A DNA stretch of 63,778 nt, the filler included, from Ministeria vibrans ATCC 50519 (lineage: Eukaryota; Protista; Filasterea): the NCBI GenBank assembly GCA_943704425.1. It is 5 parts of 5 records of this genome, joined end to end, with 100 filler letters (N's around TTAATTAATTAA, not from the genome) between each part and the next. Parts side by side here need not be neighbours in the genome. Positions count along the whole stretch, not along the records: positions 1 to 31,420 come from CALSCP010001900.1; 4 more parts are not named here. One strand, 5' to 3'. Below the pieces are notes generated by a model. It was not told the DNA's origin, did not search any database, and saw only the letters and a program-made list of their open reading frames with translations. Each line of letters starts with the position of its first letter. Position 1 is the stretch's first letter. Shown in pieces: positions 1 to 11,500 of the stretch. Both the position numbers and the translations under genes were made by a program.

Positions 1-357
1 GGAGAGAATCGGTTTAACGAAACGAGCAGAAGGGAGGGTGGGCAAGGGGAGGACGGGCAGGGACACACACATGCCATGGATAAGGATAGACGGGAGGGTG
101 GTGCGGGAAAAGGCGTGCAGGAAACAGACGACGAGAGAGAAAGAGAAAGAGAGAGAGAGAGAGAGGAACGCGAACGAAAAAAAAAAAAAAAAATCAAACG
201 CGAAGGCCCGCTCTCGAAACGTAGACGGTAGCACGGCCGGTAGGGCCGCAAGTGCATAGACAAAGGATACAGCCCACTTGGGCGGCACAAGAAGCCCAGC
301 GAGGCTCAGCCGCGTGGATGAAGGACTTTTTTTTCTCTGTTGCACACATTTGCTTAC

Positions 358-430
358 CCTTGAGAGGCTTGTGCAGGTTCACTGTGTAGTCACGGACAAC
401 CACCTCGTCAGTAGCCTTAAGCTTGCCCAT
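358..430 (-). CDS. RPL31: 60S ribosomal protein L31 (eL31), first coding exon; remainder lies beyond the window start
   Basis: ATG at 430 gives MGKLKATDEVVVRDYTVNLHKPLKG, matching the eL31 'EVVTREYTINLHK' motif. GTAAGC donor at 357; pyrimidine-rich intron runs off the window edge. Confidence 0.9.
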
Positions 431-460
431 TCTGCGACAGAGGATCCGGTGGGGAGAGCG

Positions 461-491
<31 letters not shown>

Positions 492-739
492 TCAGCGATT
501 TCTTGTGCAGCCACCAGACACCACCACGCTCATGCACAGCGTGCGCTGTATCCCGCTGCCTCTACACACACCCGATAGCTGCTACAGGCCGCGACCACAG
601 AGGTGGGTCTTTGACAGCCAATGCTTCTTTTTTTTTTTTTTTTTTTTTTTCAATCCAGGCTCTCAACGCACACACACGCACACAGACAGAGGGGTGATGG
701 GCAAGCTGGCGACCCTGTAATACAATACACACGACATAC

Positions 740-762
740 CTGGAGGATGTGAATAAAAGAGG
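740..762 (-). promoter_or_regulatory. TCT/5'TOP-like start and non-coding first exon of RPL31 (intron 432-739)
   Basis: Minus strand reads CCTCTTTTATTCACATCCTCCAG|GTATGTCG. Acceptor TCGCAG sits 1 nt before the ATG. Confidence 0.65.
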
Positions 763-969
763 CCCGAAATAAATCGAAATTGAAAATCAAAAAATGAAAA
801 ATCAGCACGACATATCTACTATCCATTCGACTCACTGCTCAGTGCCAGTCAGTGGTAGCTGGTGAGTGGTAACAAACTGACAAATCACAAATGACGATGC
901 ATTATTTTATTATTATTATTATTATTGGCGATTGGTTTGATATGATAGTACATTAAAAAAAAGACACGC

Positions 970-2754
970 TCAAAGAGACCACCTCTCCATAAACACATCA
1001 TCATCAGTCGTGACCTGGCGCGTCGAGCCCGTCACTATAAGAGCCGTCTCGTCGTCGACAAGTGCCACTGCTTTACCAAATTGCGTCTCGTCCATGTCGC
1101 GCTGGACAAGCCAGCGCAAGGTACCGTCGTCACGACTGAGGTGCATAGCAAACAAATCGCGTGCCGACAACACCTCATCGGTGGGCGACCCCAAGCGAGA
1201 GCGCGTCGACCCCACAACAAAGACGCCGCGGTCGGCACCGGAGCCCACGACTAGTCGGTCGCCATTGTCACCGTCCTTGCCGCTCACCTGACGCATCCAC
1301 ACCTCATCGCCCGTCGCCCCGTCTACTCGCCCCACAATTGCATCGGTATCACGCGACACAATGAGCTCCACCGTGTCCACCGTTCCACTGTACTCCAACA
1401 CAGTCGTACCACCAAGCAACCCACCCAGCACAAAACCCGTCACATACACTTCCCCATCGTCACCGACACCAACGCCCGTCAGCGAGCAATGCCCCTCCGT
1501 CCCGTTCAGCAGTCGAGTCCACTCCACCGCCCCCGTTGCCCCATTCACGCGCATCACCATACCCCGACGGTCCGATGCTGACATCACACGCATACCCGCG
1601 ATGTACACTGCCCCCGTCGCGCCATCCACACTCATGTCATTGCCCAGAAGACCGTCCGCTGCGCCGTTCTCAATCGTCTAAGCAAAGTGTTCACATTGCT
1701 TGCTTTTCATCTGATGGAGTGTGTGTACCGTATTAAAGATCCGGGCGCCTGACGCCTGGTCGAGCACGGCCAGGTACAGCCCCAGACGCCCATAGTCCTG
1801 GGTGGGGTTGCCCAGGTCGCCCTGTGTCGACCCCATCACGTACACTCGTCCGTTGTGCACGGCAATGCCTCGCACTGTGTCTTCCGTTGGCGTTCCAAAC
1901 GATTGGTACCACAGCAGTGTTCCTTCTGACGCGCTCGAATGCGTGTCTTACAAAAATGAAAAGGCACACCTTTTAGTGCGAATGCACTCGTATTATTTTC
2001 CCTTCTTACTTGTGGCTAATGCGGCAACATATGCGTCCGTGCCGCCCTGCGGGTAAAACCCAGGCCAAGCGGTGTCGGTACTTCCGCCAAGGTAGAGCAC
2101 ATCGCCGTCAATGGTAGAGGCGAGGACATTTTCAAAGGGGGCAACAAGAATCGTTTCGAAGGCGACGCTGCCCGTTGTGGCGTTTGCGCGAACAAGATAC
2201 AAATCTTGAAGGCCTGTCGCCATCAGCCCGCCACAACACACTCCACCCAGCGTCTGTGCAATGGAGTAGACAGAGGGCACGGGAAGCGACGAGGGCGTCG
2301 TGGCAGGGACCGCAAGCGAAAGGGGTGTTTCCGCTCCTTCGATGGCAAACGTCGAGCTCCACTGTACAGCCACTTCGCACCGCAAGCCCAGCACGTCTGG
2401 GGGACAGGTGCAGTTGAATGCGCCCTCTTCAAGCGGCGTGCATGTTCCACCATGACGACAGGGCTGCGACAGGCACGGCGCAAATGTGTGGAGCGTCGAG
2501 CGGAGTGTTTTCGCTTCTGCCAGCACTGTCGTCAGGTCCACACCGTCCACCACAACACTCGAGGCTTGAAGTTGTCCCTTCACTTCAACCGAGCCTTGCA
2601 CGCGCACGCTACCACTGCACGGCGCCGTGACAGTCAGCAGTCCTTCATCCGTTGGAAAGATCTGCCCCTCTCCCTCGCCACACGGCGACGCACCCAACAC
2701 GCCCGCCATCAAGCAGCCAGCAAGAAGCACCAGCCATACGCAGCAGCGAGACAT
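970..2754 (-). CDS. Secreted protein: signal peptide, short beta/coiled-coil N-domain, one EGF domain, SBBP-type beta-propeller (exons ~2754-2010, 1946-1729, 1677-970)
   Basis: Signal peptide MSRCCVWLVLLAGCLMAGVLG; EGF CLSQPCRHGGTC..FNCTCPPDVLGLRCE; repeated propeller blades such as WYQSFGTPTEDTVRGIAVHNGRVYVMGSTQGDL and WMRQVSGKDGDNGDRLVV..VFVVGST. Splice phases are consistent. Confidence 0.75.
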
Positions 2755-3179
2755 CTTGAATAAAATGAATAATATTTGGAAAATTAAAAAAACATAAGAA
2801 GAACAACACATTTACTCATGATACAGTCACCAGATCTACAGCAAAAGAGCAAGTGCAATCGCTATCCAGTGAGGTAATCGCAATGGTACGCCATATCCCC
2901 AGTGGGGGCTTAGGAAAATAAATAGAGAATCGAGAGCTGTACTCAATGTCAAAACAAAACATTGAGTTGGACGTAATATAAAAGAAACAGTCTCATTTTT
3001 ATAATAATAAATTACTATTGTTTTTATTATACTTAAGCAGTATATTTTACTGTTATAGGTTTCCCTTCTGAAGTATATTATTATTATTATAAACAATATG
3101 ATAAGGGGTTTATTTTCAAACGTTAATTATTTTGCTTTTTTATGACTGTACAATAACATGAGAGTGAGCGGGGTTAAAA

Positions 3180-3375
3180 TCACTCAACGAAATCTGGAAA
3201 TGAATCGAGAAAGAAGTTTGAGACGCCCTCATTGGAGTGGAGGATGGAGAAATAGTCATCGTCGATGGGCGGGGAGTCGACACGGACAATACCGCCAATG
3301 ATGTTGGGGTTGATCACGGCAAGGAGGGATGCCTCATCTGTGGGCGGACTGGTGATAGTGGCGGCGGCGGCGGCG

Positions 3376-3415
<40 letters not shown>

Positions 3416-4589
3416 AAGAAGAAGAAATAGTATTGGCTGCGAGTGGCGCGCCTGCTGTGTCGGTGTCATGCGTGGTGGTGGTATAGGAAGAAGGAGTTGT
3501 TGCGCTGTGATAGGTGGTGGCGTGGCGAGGCGATGGAGGAAACTCATCCAAGTCAAAGTCAGCGAGTGTAGCGTGCGCCGCAAGGGCTGTCTCCGCCAGC
3601 TGTTGTCCAGGGATCGCATCGTCGTCGCTCACCACAAAAACGTTGATGCCACTGTGCCGACTCCGCAGAAGAATCTCATATTGCCCAAAGCTCCCATTCT
3701 CCTACACACACACACACACACACGTCAACAACACTGTAGTAAAACATAATTTAATGATGTACGTCGTGGGGATCGGGCACTTCGAGGCGAGTGCCAGACG
3801 GGGCGCGAATGGCCATGACGGTGTGACCATTGAAACTGGGAATGGACCGGATGTCCTGATAGGTTACATAAGCAAGCGATACGTTGTTGCTGTCTTCAGC
3901 AAGCGCCGCTAGACTCGCCTGGATCGTCAGCAGATGCCCTACCAGCGACTCGTCTTCGTCGCGTAGGGCCCGCAAGCGACGCCGTAAATGCCGCACTCGT
4001 ACCGACAGTTCGTCTTGATCATCCTCCTCCTCTTCGTCCTCCTCCTCTTCATCGTCATTCTCGTCGTCCTCCTTACAACCGCCACCACCACTATTCCTCG
4101 ATGATACCCGCGAGCCTGTTGCTGCCGACACACCAGACGTGGACCGTCGTGCACGCGCCACAGAGCCTCTCCACTGAATCATATTCTTGGAGTTTTTCGT
4201 AATCAATTGGATGCCCTCGAGCACGTTGGTAATGTCGTAGATGCGACGCTTCTGCGAGCCAAGCCGCGCCGCAGCGTCGTTGAGATTCACCTGGCCATCG
4301 GGTGCATCGCGCAACAACTGCACAAAGTTCTTTGTCAACAGTCCCAGCGACGTGTCGTTTCGCGCCACTCCATTCCCTTCAACACTCACTCCCGTCGTCG
4401 ACGACGGCCCGCCCGCATCGTCATCTGCGCCAGAAACACCCCCGTTTCGTTTCAGTAACGAGGTGATACAAAAAAACAACACTCACAGACGAATTGAAAA
4501 AAAAAACGCCGGTCGTCATTTACACCCCAATAAACACACCACCAGCCCACCCCGGCACGGATGCATGCAACTCCATCGCTGGGGTACAT
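3180..4589 (-). CDS. E2F: E2F family transcription factor (5' end uncertain; intron 3702-3762)
   Basis: DNA-binding domain [46 protein letters not shown]; coiled coil and marked box [34 protein letters not shown]; C-terminal Rb-binding-like [18 protein letters not shown]. Confidence 0.92.
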
Positions 4590-4645
4590 GGTCTGGCCCG
4601 CGACGGGGCCTGGCGGACACGCGGATTGGCCAAAGACCAAAGTGA

Positions 4646-4680
<35 letters not shown>

Positions 4681-5169
4681 TGCACCGAAATGATTTTTTT
4701 TGTGGCCAGACAACACTAATCGTCGCCGGTAATAGTTGAACCCTCATAGAGACAGCATGCGCTCGGCCATAGGCTCACGCCATTCGCCATTCATTTCGTC
4801 CTTTGCTCATTTGACACATATCCCTTTTTTTTTTTTTTTTTTTTTTGCTTTTTACCTCCTAAGTCAGAATGTCTCGCGCGTTTGCTGGCGCTCATCATCG
4901 ATGTTGCGTCAGACGACGGCGGGCCGGTCTCTGTACTATCATCGCTGGCCAATTCGAGGCGTCGTTTGCTCTTCTTCATCTCCTGACGATTTCCCCTTTT
5001 TTTTCCTTTCGCTCGTTCGCTTTCTGACAGCTCGCGACGCCAAAGTGAACTTTCCTTGACTTCCACGGGCCTCTGGCAGCAGCGAGCTTCACCCGACGAC
5101 ACAAAAGCGGCGGGGTACAAGCACACACGGACAGAGAGAGACACACTCGCAGAGAGAGTGACAATCAAT

Positions 5170-5201
<32 letters not shown>

Positions 5202-5505
5202 AAGGAGTGATGATAAGTTCTGATCTGATCTCACGAAAGTTCGCTTGTCCCCTCGCACCCTTTTCAAAAACAGTGACTACATTTCTACCGTTTGTGGTTG
5301 ATCGTGTTTTCTACCTTTGATCCTTGCGCTGAGCTCTCTTTCGTCAGCGCTCGACACAATCGATTGATTCGACCCATTTTTTTTTTATCCAACAATTTTT
5401 TTTTCTTCTTCTCTCTCTACTGCGTTCTTATTCCACCTGTAGCGCACTTGCCCCCATCTCCTCCGACTGTCATCACCAGTGCTTCACGATTGACTTTCGA
5501 GCAGC

Positions 5506-8500
5506 ATGCGAGTTCTGGGAGGGCGACCGGCCGCGGAAGAGAAGGCGAAGAAGAAACCTTCGCGAACGGTGGTACAGCGCCGGGTCGCACAGCACCTCGT
5601 CAACATTGAGGCGATCGCACAAGCCGTCGACTCGTTTGCCTCGTTTCATGGCGCGCGGATGCTCTCAGGCACAGCAATTGCTCGTCGTTTCATGCGATTT
5701 TTCGCGACTGATCCCGCCGTCGCAAACGACGCTCTTCGCCCCAAAGAGCTTGCCGCCGGTGCGGCTCTCCCGCCTCAAGCAACCCAGAAGAAACACGTAT
5801 CAAAGTTATCGGCGGAAGTCAGTTCGCTTCTCGGCAGACCGACCCACACAAAAGTGCACAACGATGACTCGCTTCCCGTCTTCCTCGTCTTCAACGCAAT
5901 GCGCCATCAGCTCTTGATGCGCCGTCACGCCGTCGTCCGCATTGAACGTTCCCTTCTTCTGTCCACTCTCCGCTCCCTTGCCGAAAGCCACACCGAGCTG
6001 CGAAGCCTTCCAGCACCGGCCGAGATCAAGTCAGCCGATGCAGACTCAAGCTCAGACTCACTCTCCCTCAACGCACTCGTCTCGTCCGTCTTCGCCGATC
6101 TCCTTGAGTCGATGCACGACGAACTTGATGCTGCCGGTGTCCTCGTGTACGACACTGCTTCGGCTACCGCTGCAACGACGACCGCCAGCACAACAGCAAC
6201 CGCTGCTCCCGTCGCCTCAGTTGCACCCCTCCCCAAGATTGTCGGCCTTTCGCTGGATGCCTTCTTTACCTTTCTCCACGATGCCCTTGACACACACCCC
6301 GATCTTTGTGCTCGTCCTATTGCACTCCTTGCCAGTGCCCTCGGCGGCTTCTCGCCTATGGCTTTGCGCGACGAGCCCGAGAGCACCATGCTCAAACTGG
6401 CCGAGCTGCTTTCCGCCCGTGCCAACATGCCACAACTCGACGATGCCATGCGTGGCCAGGCGCTCTCAGCACTTCTCAGCCTTGCTCACGCGCGTGGTTC
6501 TCTCTCGCTTTTGGTTACGAGCGCCCTCGCTATGCTCACCGACAAGAACATGGACTTGAAACTGCCCGCGCCAAGTGCGCTTGCATCGCTCTGCAGCTAC
6601 TCGCGAGGTGCCACCGCCGAGTCCACACTGCTCTGGCCCTGCGCTCAATACTTTGCCGGACGCCAATCGTTGACACTGGTGTCGACCGACCAACACCAGC
6701 CTGGTGACGTGGACCAGTGGCGTGTCGTCTCCGTCACCTGCGACGGTGTTTATCTCTTTGCTGTGCTTGCCAGTGTCTCCTACACCTCAGCCAGTCCCTC
6801 TCTCCACCTCGCGCGCTTCTCCGCCACTCTTTCCCGCAACACGAGTAGCAGCGACAACGACAGAAAGCACACACCATCCACACTCGATACTCTCGTGCGA
6901 CTGCCCATTGGTGCACAGGCGACCCCCTGCGACTCGCCCGCCGCCTTCCGCGCCTTCCTCGACAGCATCCGCATCCAGATTGCCTGTCTCAGTGACTCGC
7001 CACTCTACCTGCACGACCCTACGCGTACCATTGTTGTGCCCTCCGCCGGCGACACCCAAGATACCTTGCACCTTGTTGCCGTCGACAAGAACTCCCTCGA
7101 GGTTCTCGGCGCCATCCCGGTGAGTCTCTCGTCATCCGTCGACGCTGACGGTGATCTCCGTGCTACCCTGCAAAACGTCACGGCCTCTCAGCGCGCTCTA
7201 TTTGTCACCGCCGACGGCCAACTTGCATTGCTCGAGCGACTCGCCACCACGGTCACGCCCACCTCCGCCAACGACACCGACGCCGGTGTCAACGATACGG
7301 CACCCGCAAGCACGAGTAGCAGTCCTACTGCCACCACCACCACCACCACCACCACCGCCACCACCACCACCACGACGACGACGACGACGCGCAAGACTGA
7401 CGCGGACACGCCACAACTCTATGGTCTGGTGCGCCACCTTGTGAGCGAATCGACTTGCCTCAAGCAACCGGACGCGTCGCGCGTCTTCCGTGTACCCCCC
7501 GCCAAGATGGACTGTCGCATACTCGTCACAGGTGCTGAGCCGTGGCGCCTTGCCGCTCTCCCACCTGGTGCAGCAGCGGTTGTTCCTCACGCTGCTGCGG
7601 GTGCGGCTGACGCCAAAAAGGGCGCCCCCGCTAAGCTTCGTCGGGGCCCTGGCACTCGCGAGCGACATGACTCTGCCGTGTCCACATCAAGCTCAGTGGT
7701 CAAGGCAGAGACTGGCGACTCCGACGACTCAGCTGCTGTCACAACAACACCCGAAGGCGACGCCGCAGTGACTGTCAGTGACGTCACTCATGGTTTGCTG
7801 GCGACCCTGGAGTCGCCCACATGGATGACCAGTCCCGGGTCCGTCCACCGTGCCGTTCAACTTGAGTCACTTTCTGTGGCGCAAGGTTGTCTCTTTGCAC
7901 TCAGCAAGACTGGTCAAGTGTGGTGTTACGGTGACGGTCAAGAGTATGGCGCTGGTGCGCCCGTCGCTGACAATGCTGCCGATCTTCGCAAGGCAGCCTC
8001 GGCCTGGTCTCATCTGGCGTGCATCACCGAACCCGTCACGCAAATTGCCACGGGCGGTCCCTTGTGCGACCATGTCTTGTTTTTGCTTGCCAACGGCAAG
8101 GTTCTCGCGGCTGGCACTGGCATCAATGGCCAACTTGGCCTCAACCATGTCAAGCCGACACCCATACCATCGCTCATTGAAGGTGTCTTTGCCAAGCGTA
8201 CCGTTGTCTGCGTCGCAGTCGCTCCTAATCGTTCGGCTGCCGTCACCGACAAGGGCGAACTTTTCACCTGGGGCACCGACTCGGGCGCTGGCGAGCTGGG
8301 CTTTGTTGCACCGGGCCGCTTTGCTGCGTGTCGCAAGAAGCCCACGCTTGTGCCGTCGGAGGTTCCATTTGCCCAAACTAAGAAAGCGCTTACCTTTGCC
8401 GCTCACAACCTCGTGGCGCTCCTCTCAACTGGACATGTTGTTGTGCTCGGCAGCAACGACTGCGGTCAGTACGGTCATGCCGAGGGTCTCGTTTATCCAC

Positions 8501-11500
8501 CCTCCATTGACACTGTTGGCGCCGCTGCCTCGAGTGGCTGCGAGCCCTCCTCCTCCGCTTCTGCGTCGTCTACCCCATCGGTGTCTGCCGCCACGTTCTC
8601 TTCGATCTCTGGCAAGGGCAAGGGCAAAGCTTCGAGTACCAAGGGCAAGGGACCTGCACTCCAGTCCACCAAGGCCTCCCCCAAAGTGTTTCCTGCCAAT
8701 GCCAAGGTCGCTCATGGTGTTCTGGCCGGTCTGCCAGCTGGACACGCTGCCCTCGCCTGTGCGTCGGGCGGCACCGACCCCAATCGACCTTGGTTTGCCG
8801 TTGCCACGTCGGGCGGTGCTGTGTTCACCTGGGGCGAGCCTGCCTCCGACTTTGAGTCGGCCAAGATGGCGGCCTCGTCGTCTTCGTCGGACACACGCGC
8901 TCCCGTTGCACTCCCTGTTGGCTTTGGCAAAGTAACCGCCTGTGTTGCCGGTGGCGACCGTCTTGGGCTGGTGGATCACCAGAGTCGTGCCATTGTCGTG
9001 TTCCCGGAGGCTCGCTACGCGGTGCTATCGACCTCAAGTGAGACCCCCACTGTGCGCAGCGTCATCACTGACGCAGTGCCATCCACAACTCCCTCCGACA
9101 CACTGCTAGTGGATCAGATTGTCGATTGCTCCACTGGCTTTGCCTGCCTTCCACGAGCCGACTCGTTTGCCTCGTTTGACATTTGTCGCCACTCCATCAT
9201 TGCGGGTCCTCGCTCACTCGCAGTGGTACCATTGCTTACATATGCGCATCCCACAAAGGCGGAACGCGACCAATGGGGCTGCGCAAGCGCCGACGAAGCG
9301 ATCCGCTCGGCACAGGGCGACTGTCGTGCCTTCTACATGGATGGCAATCGTGAGGCCAAGGGGCGCACCACGGGCTTCCTCGGCGACGTCTCCATTGCGT
9401 TGCCGCCTGTTGTGTCGTTGACGTCCCTTGACGTATCGCCCTCTGCTCAGTTTGCTGTCAACCCCTTCTACAGTAACCTCTGGTCTGTGTCAGTGTACCC
9501 CTTACCCAAGGAGGAGGGCAATTCCGTCTCCTGGACTCTTGACATGGCACTGTACGAACCGTGCCCCTCATTGGCGACCACCAAGTCACTTTCGTCGAAC
9601 ACCTGGGACCCACGACGTGAACTCTCCAGCGCCGAACTCGCCGTGCCCACTCAAGGGGGTCACGAGATTTCCGCCTCTGTTGCGGCAGTCGCCTCGCTCA
9701 CCGCCATCACTTCACTCTGCGAACCTCAAGGCCTCACCACCGCGACGAGCAATGATGATGATGATGATGATGATGATGCGAGCGACTTCAACACCGCTGC
9801 CACCCTAGCCATGCGGTCGTCACTGTCCTCTTCGTCGTCATTGTCACCAGCACCTATGGTGTTGACGCTGTTCAGCGAAACCAAGGAAACCGCACTTCCC
9901 GAGGCTGTGCTCAATCGACACGCAGGTGCCACCATCCAATGCGGCTGGTCCATGTCCGGCGGTCGTGATTGTGTTTGCATTGAGACGTCGCGCGACATCT
10001 TTCTTGTGGGCGTGGGGGTGTATGGTGCCCAGAGCCAGACGGAGGGCCGTGTCATGATTCACGTCGGACGCAGCACCGAGGGTGGCGCCGCTCTCGCCGA
10101 GGAGCCCTTTCTGTTCGAGGCACAAAAAGAGAAACACGTGAATCGCGTGGCATTCTCAAGCGGTCCCATTCTTCTGCGCGCCGGTGTCACGTACCACTGG
10201 TCCGAGTGGATTGTTCGAGGGGACTCGGGCTGGTACGCCGATGGAGCGCGTGGTGGCGGTCACGACTCGGAGTATCAAACACTCGTGTCGAGCGATGGCA
10301 TCACCTTTAAGTTTGAGCGCACACAAGATGGCTCCGACAACGGCACCGACCCTTTCCGTGGTCGTCTCCCCGAACTCTACTACCGAATTGTAGCGGGCGA
10401 CAGCGGAGCGACCACTGCTGGTGCCGCTTTGAGCGACAGCGATATTGACATGTCCGATGTGGACCTCGACGACACACCTCTTGCGAGCGACGGTGCACCC
10501 GCCGATGGTCGATTCTCGTCACGGGGGCCTCTCATTCAGCCGGTGCGTGCTGCCGCCTTGCTCGACAGCGCGAGTCCCGCCGATTTTGGCTCATTCCTGG
10601 AGCTCATTGACTGGGGCATTGAGCGTGTCGGCTCGGCATCTCACAGCAATGCGGTTGCCTGTGTGGCTCTCAGCTATCGTCTCCTCACGAAAATGCTCCT
10701 CACCAAGTCGTCCATTGCTCGCACGCAACGTGACTCTTTCCTTGTGGCTCGCGGTACTCTCTCAAGCGAGTCGGTCGCAACAAGCACCGCCACAGGAGCG
10801 ACAACAACAACAACCGCCAGCGGCGTCGCAACAACATCTACCACGGAGGGGTCCGGCGCGACGAGTACGACGACCACAGCGACAACTGATACTGGCGCCA
10901 CCTCCACCGACGCTACCACAGCCAAGGCTGCGGCCAAGTCCAAGACGTCGAGCACGAAGCAACGCAGTGGCGCAGACGATGTGCTCCCTGACGATCCCGC
11001 TCAGTGTTGCTCGCTTCTCTGGCGCCTCGAGGAGTCCATTGTGCGTTGTGTGTCGCTGATGGACTATCCCATCCTTGTCAACGAGGCCCTCGTCTGCTTC
11101 CGTCGCCTGTTCAACATCCTCTACCCGTCGCGTGCCTTGCGTGTTCTTTTAGTTCACCAGCTGTGCACAGATGCTCTCGCTGCAATGGCTCACACTGCCA
11201 TGCCCACTGGCTCGCCGACTCGCATGCTCTGCGACGTGGCGCTGGATGCCTTCAGTGAAGACCCACTTGTTGCCAATGTGCTCTTTCCACGTGCCATCCC
11301 CGACTTGGTGAGCACCACAGCACCGCTTCCTGAAGATGCCACGTCGAGTATGCGTGCCAAGGGTAAAGGCAAGGCCAAGGCCAAGAGTACTGCACTTGTC
11401 TCCGTCTCTTCTGCCCGCACCGCTGCGAACGAGGGCGGCGACACCGCCCCAATGGCCACCGTGTTTGTCGAGAGTGACAACAAGGCATGCCAAACACTGG

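Noticed and set aside
740-762. Similar mini-exons at RPL31 and 49462 as spliced-leader RNA genes
   Set aside because: They are not identical, RPL31's has a cis acceptor before its own ATG, and no Sm site follows; cis TOP leaders fit better.
2845-2912. ATTGCAC (U1A-loop-like) and GGGGCTTA (RNase MRP-like) motifs
   Set aside because: No U1 5' end, stem-loop I or Sm site, and no MRP CR-I partner; too short.
4358-4365. Canonical E2F site TTTCGCGC suggesting E2F autoregulation
   Set aside because: It lies inside the coding exon; an 8-mer in GC-rich DNA is expected by chance, and I saw no clean site upstream.
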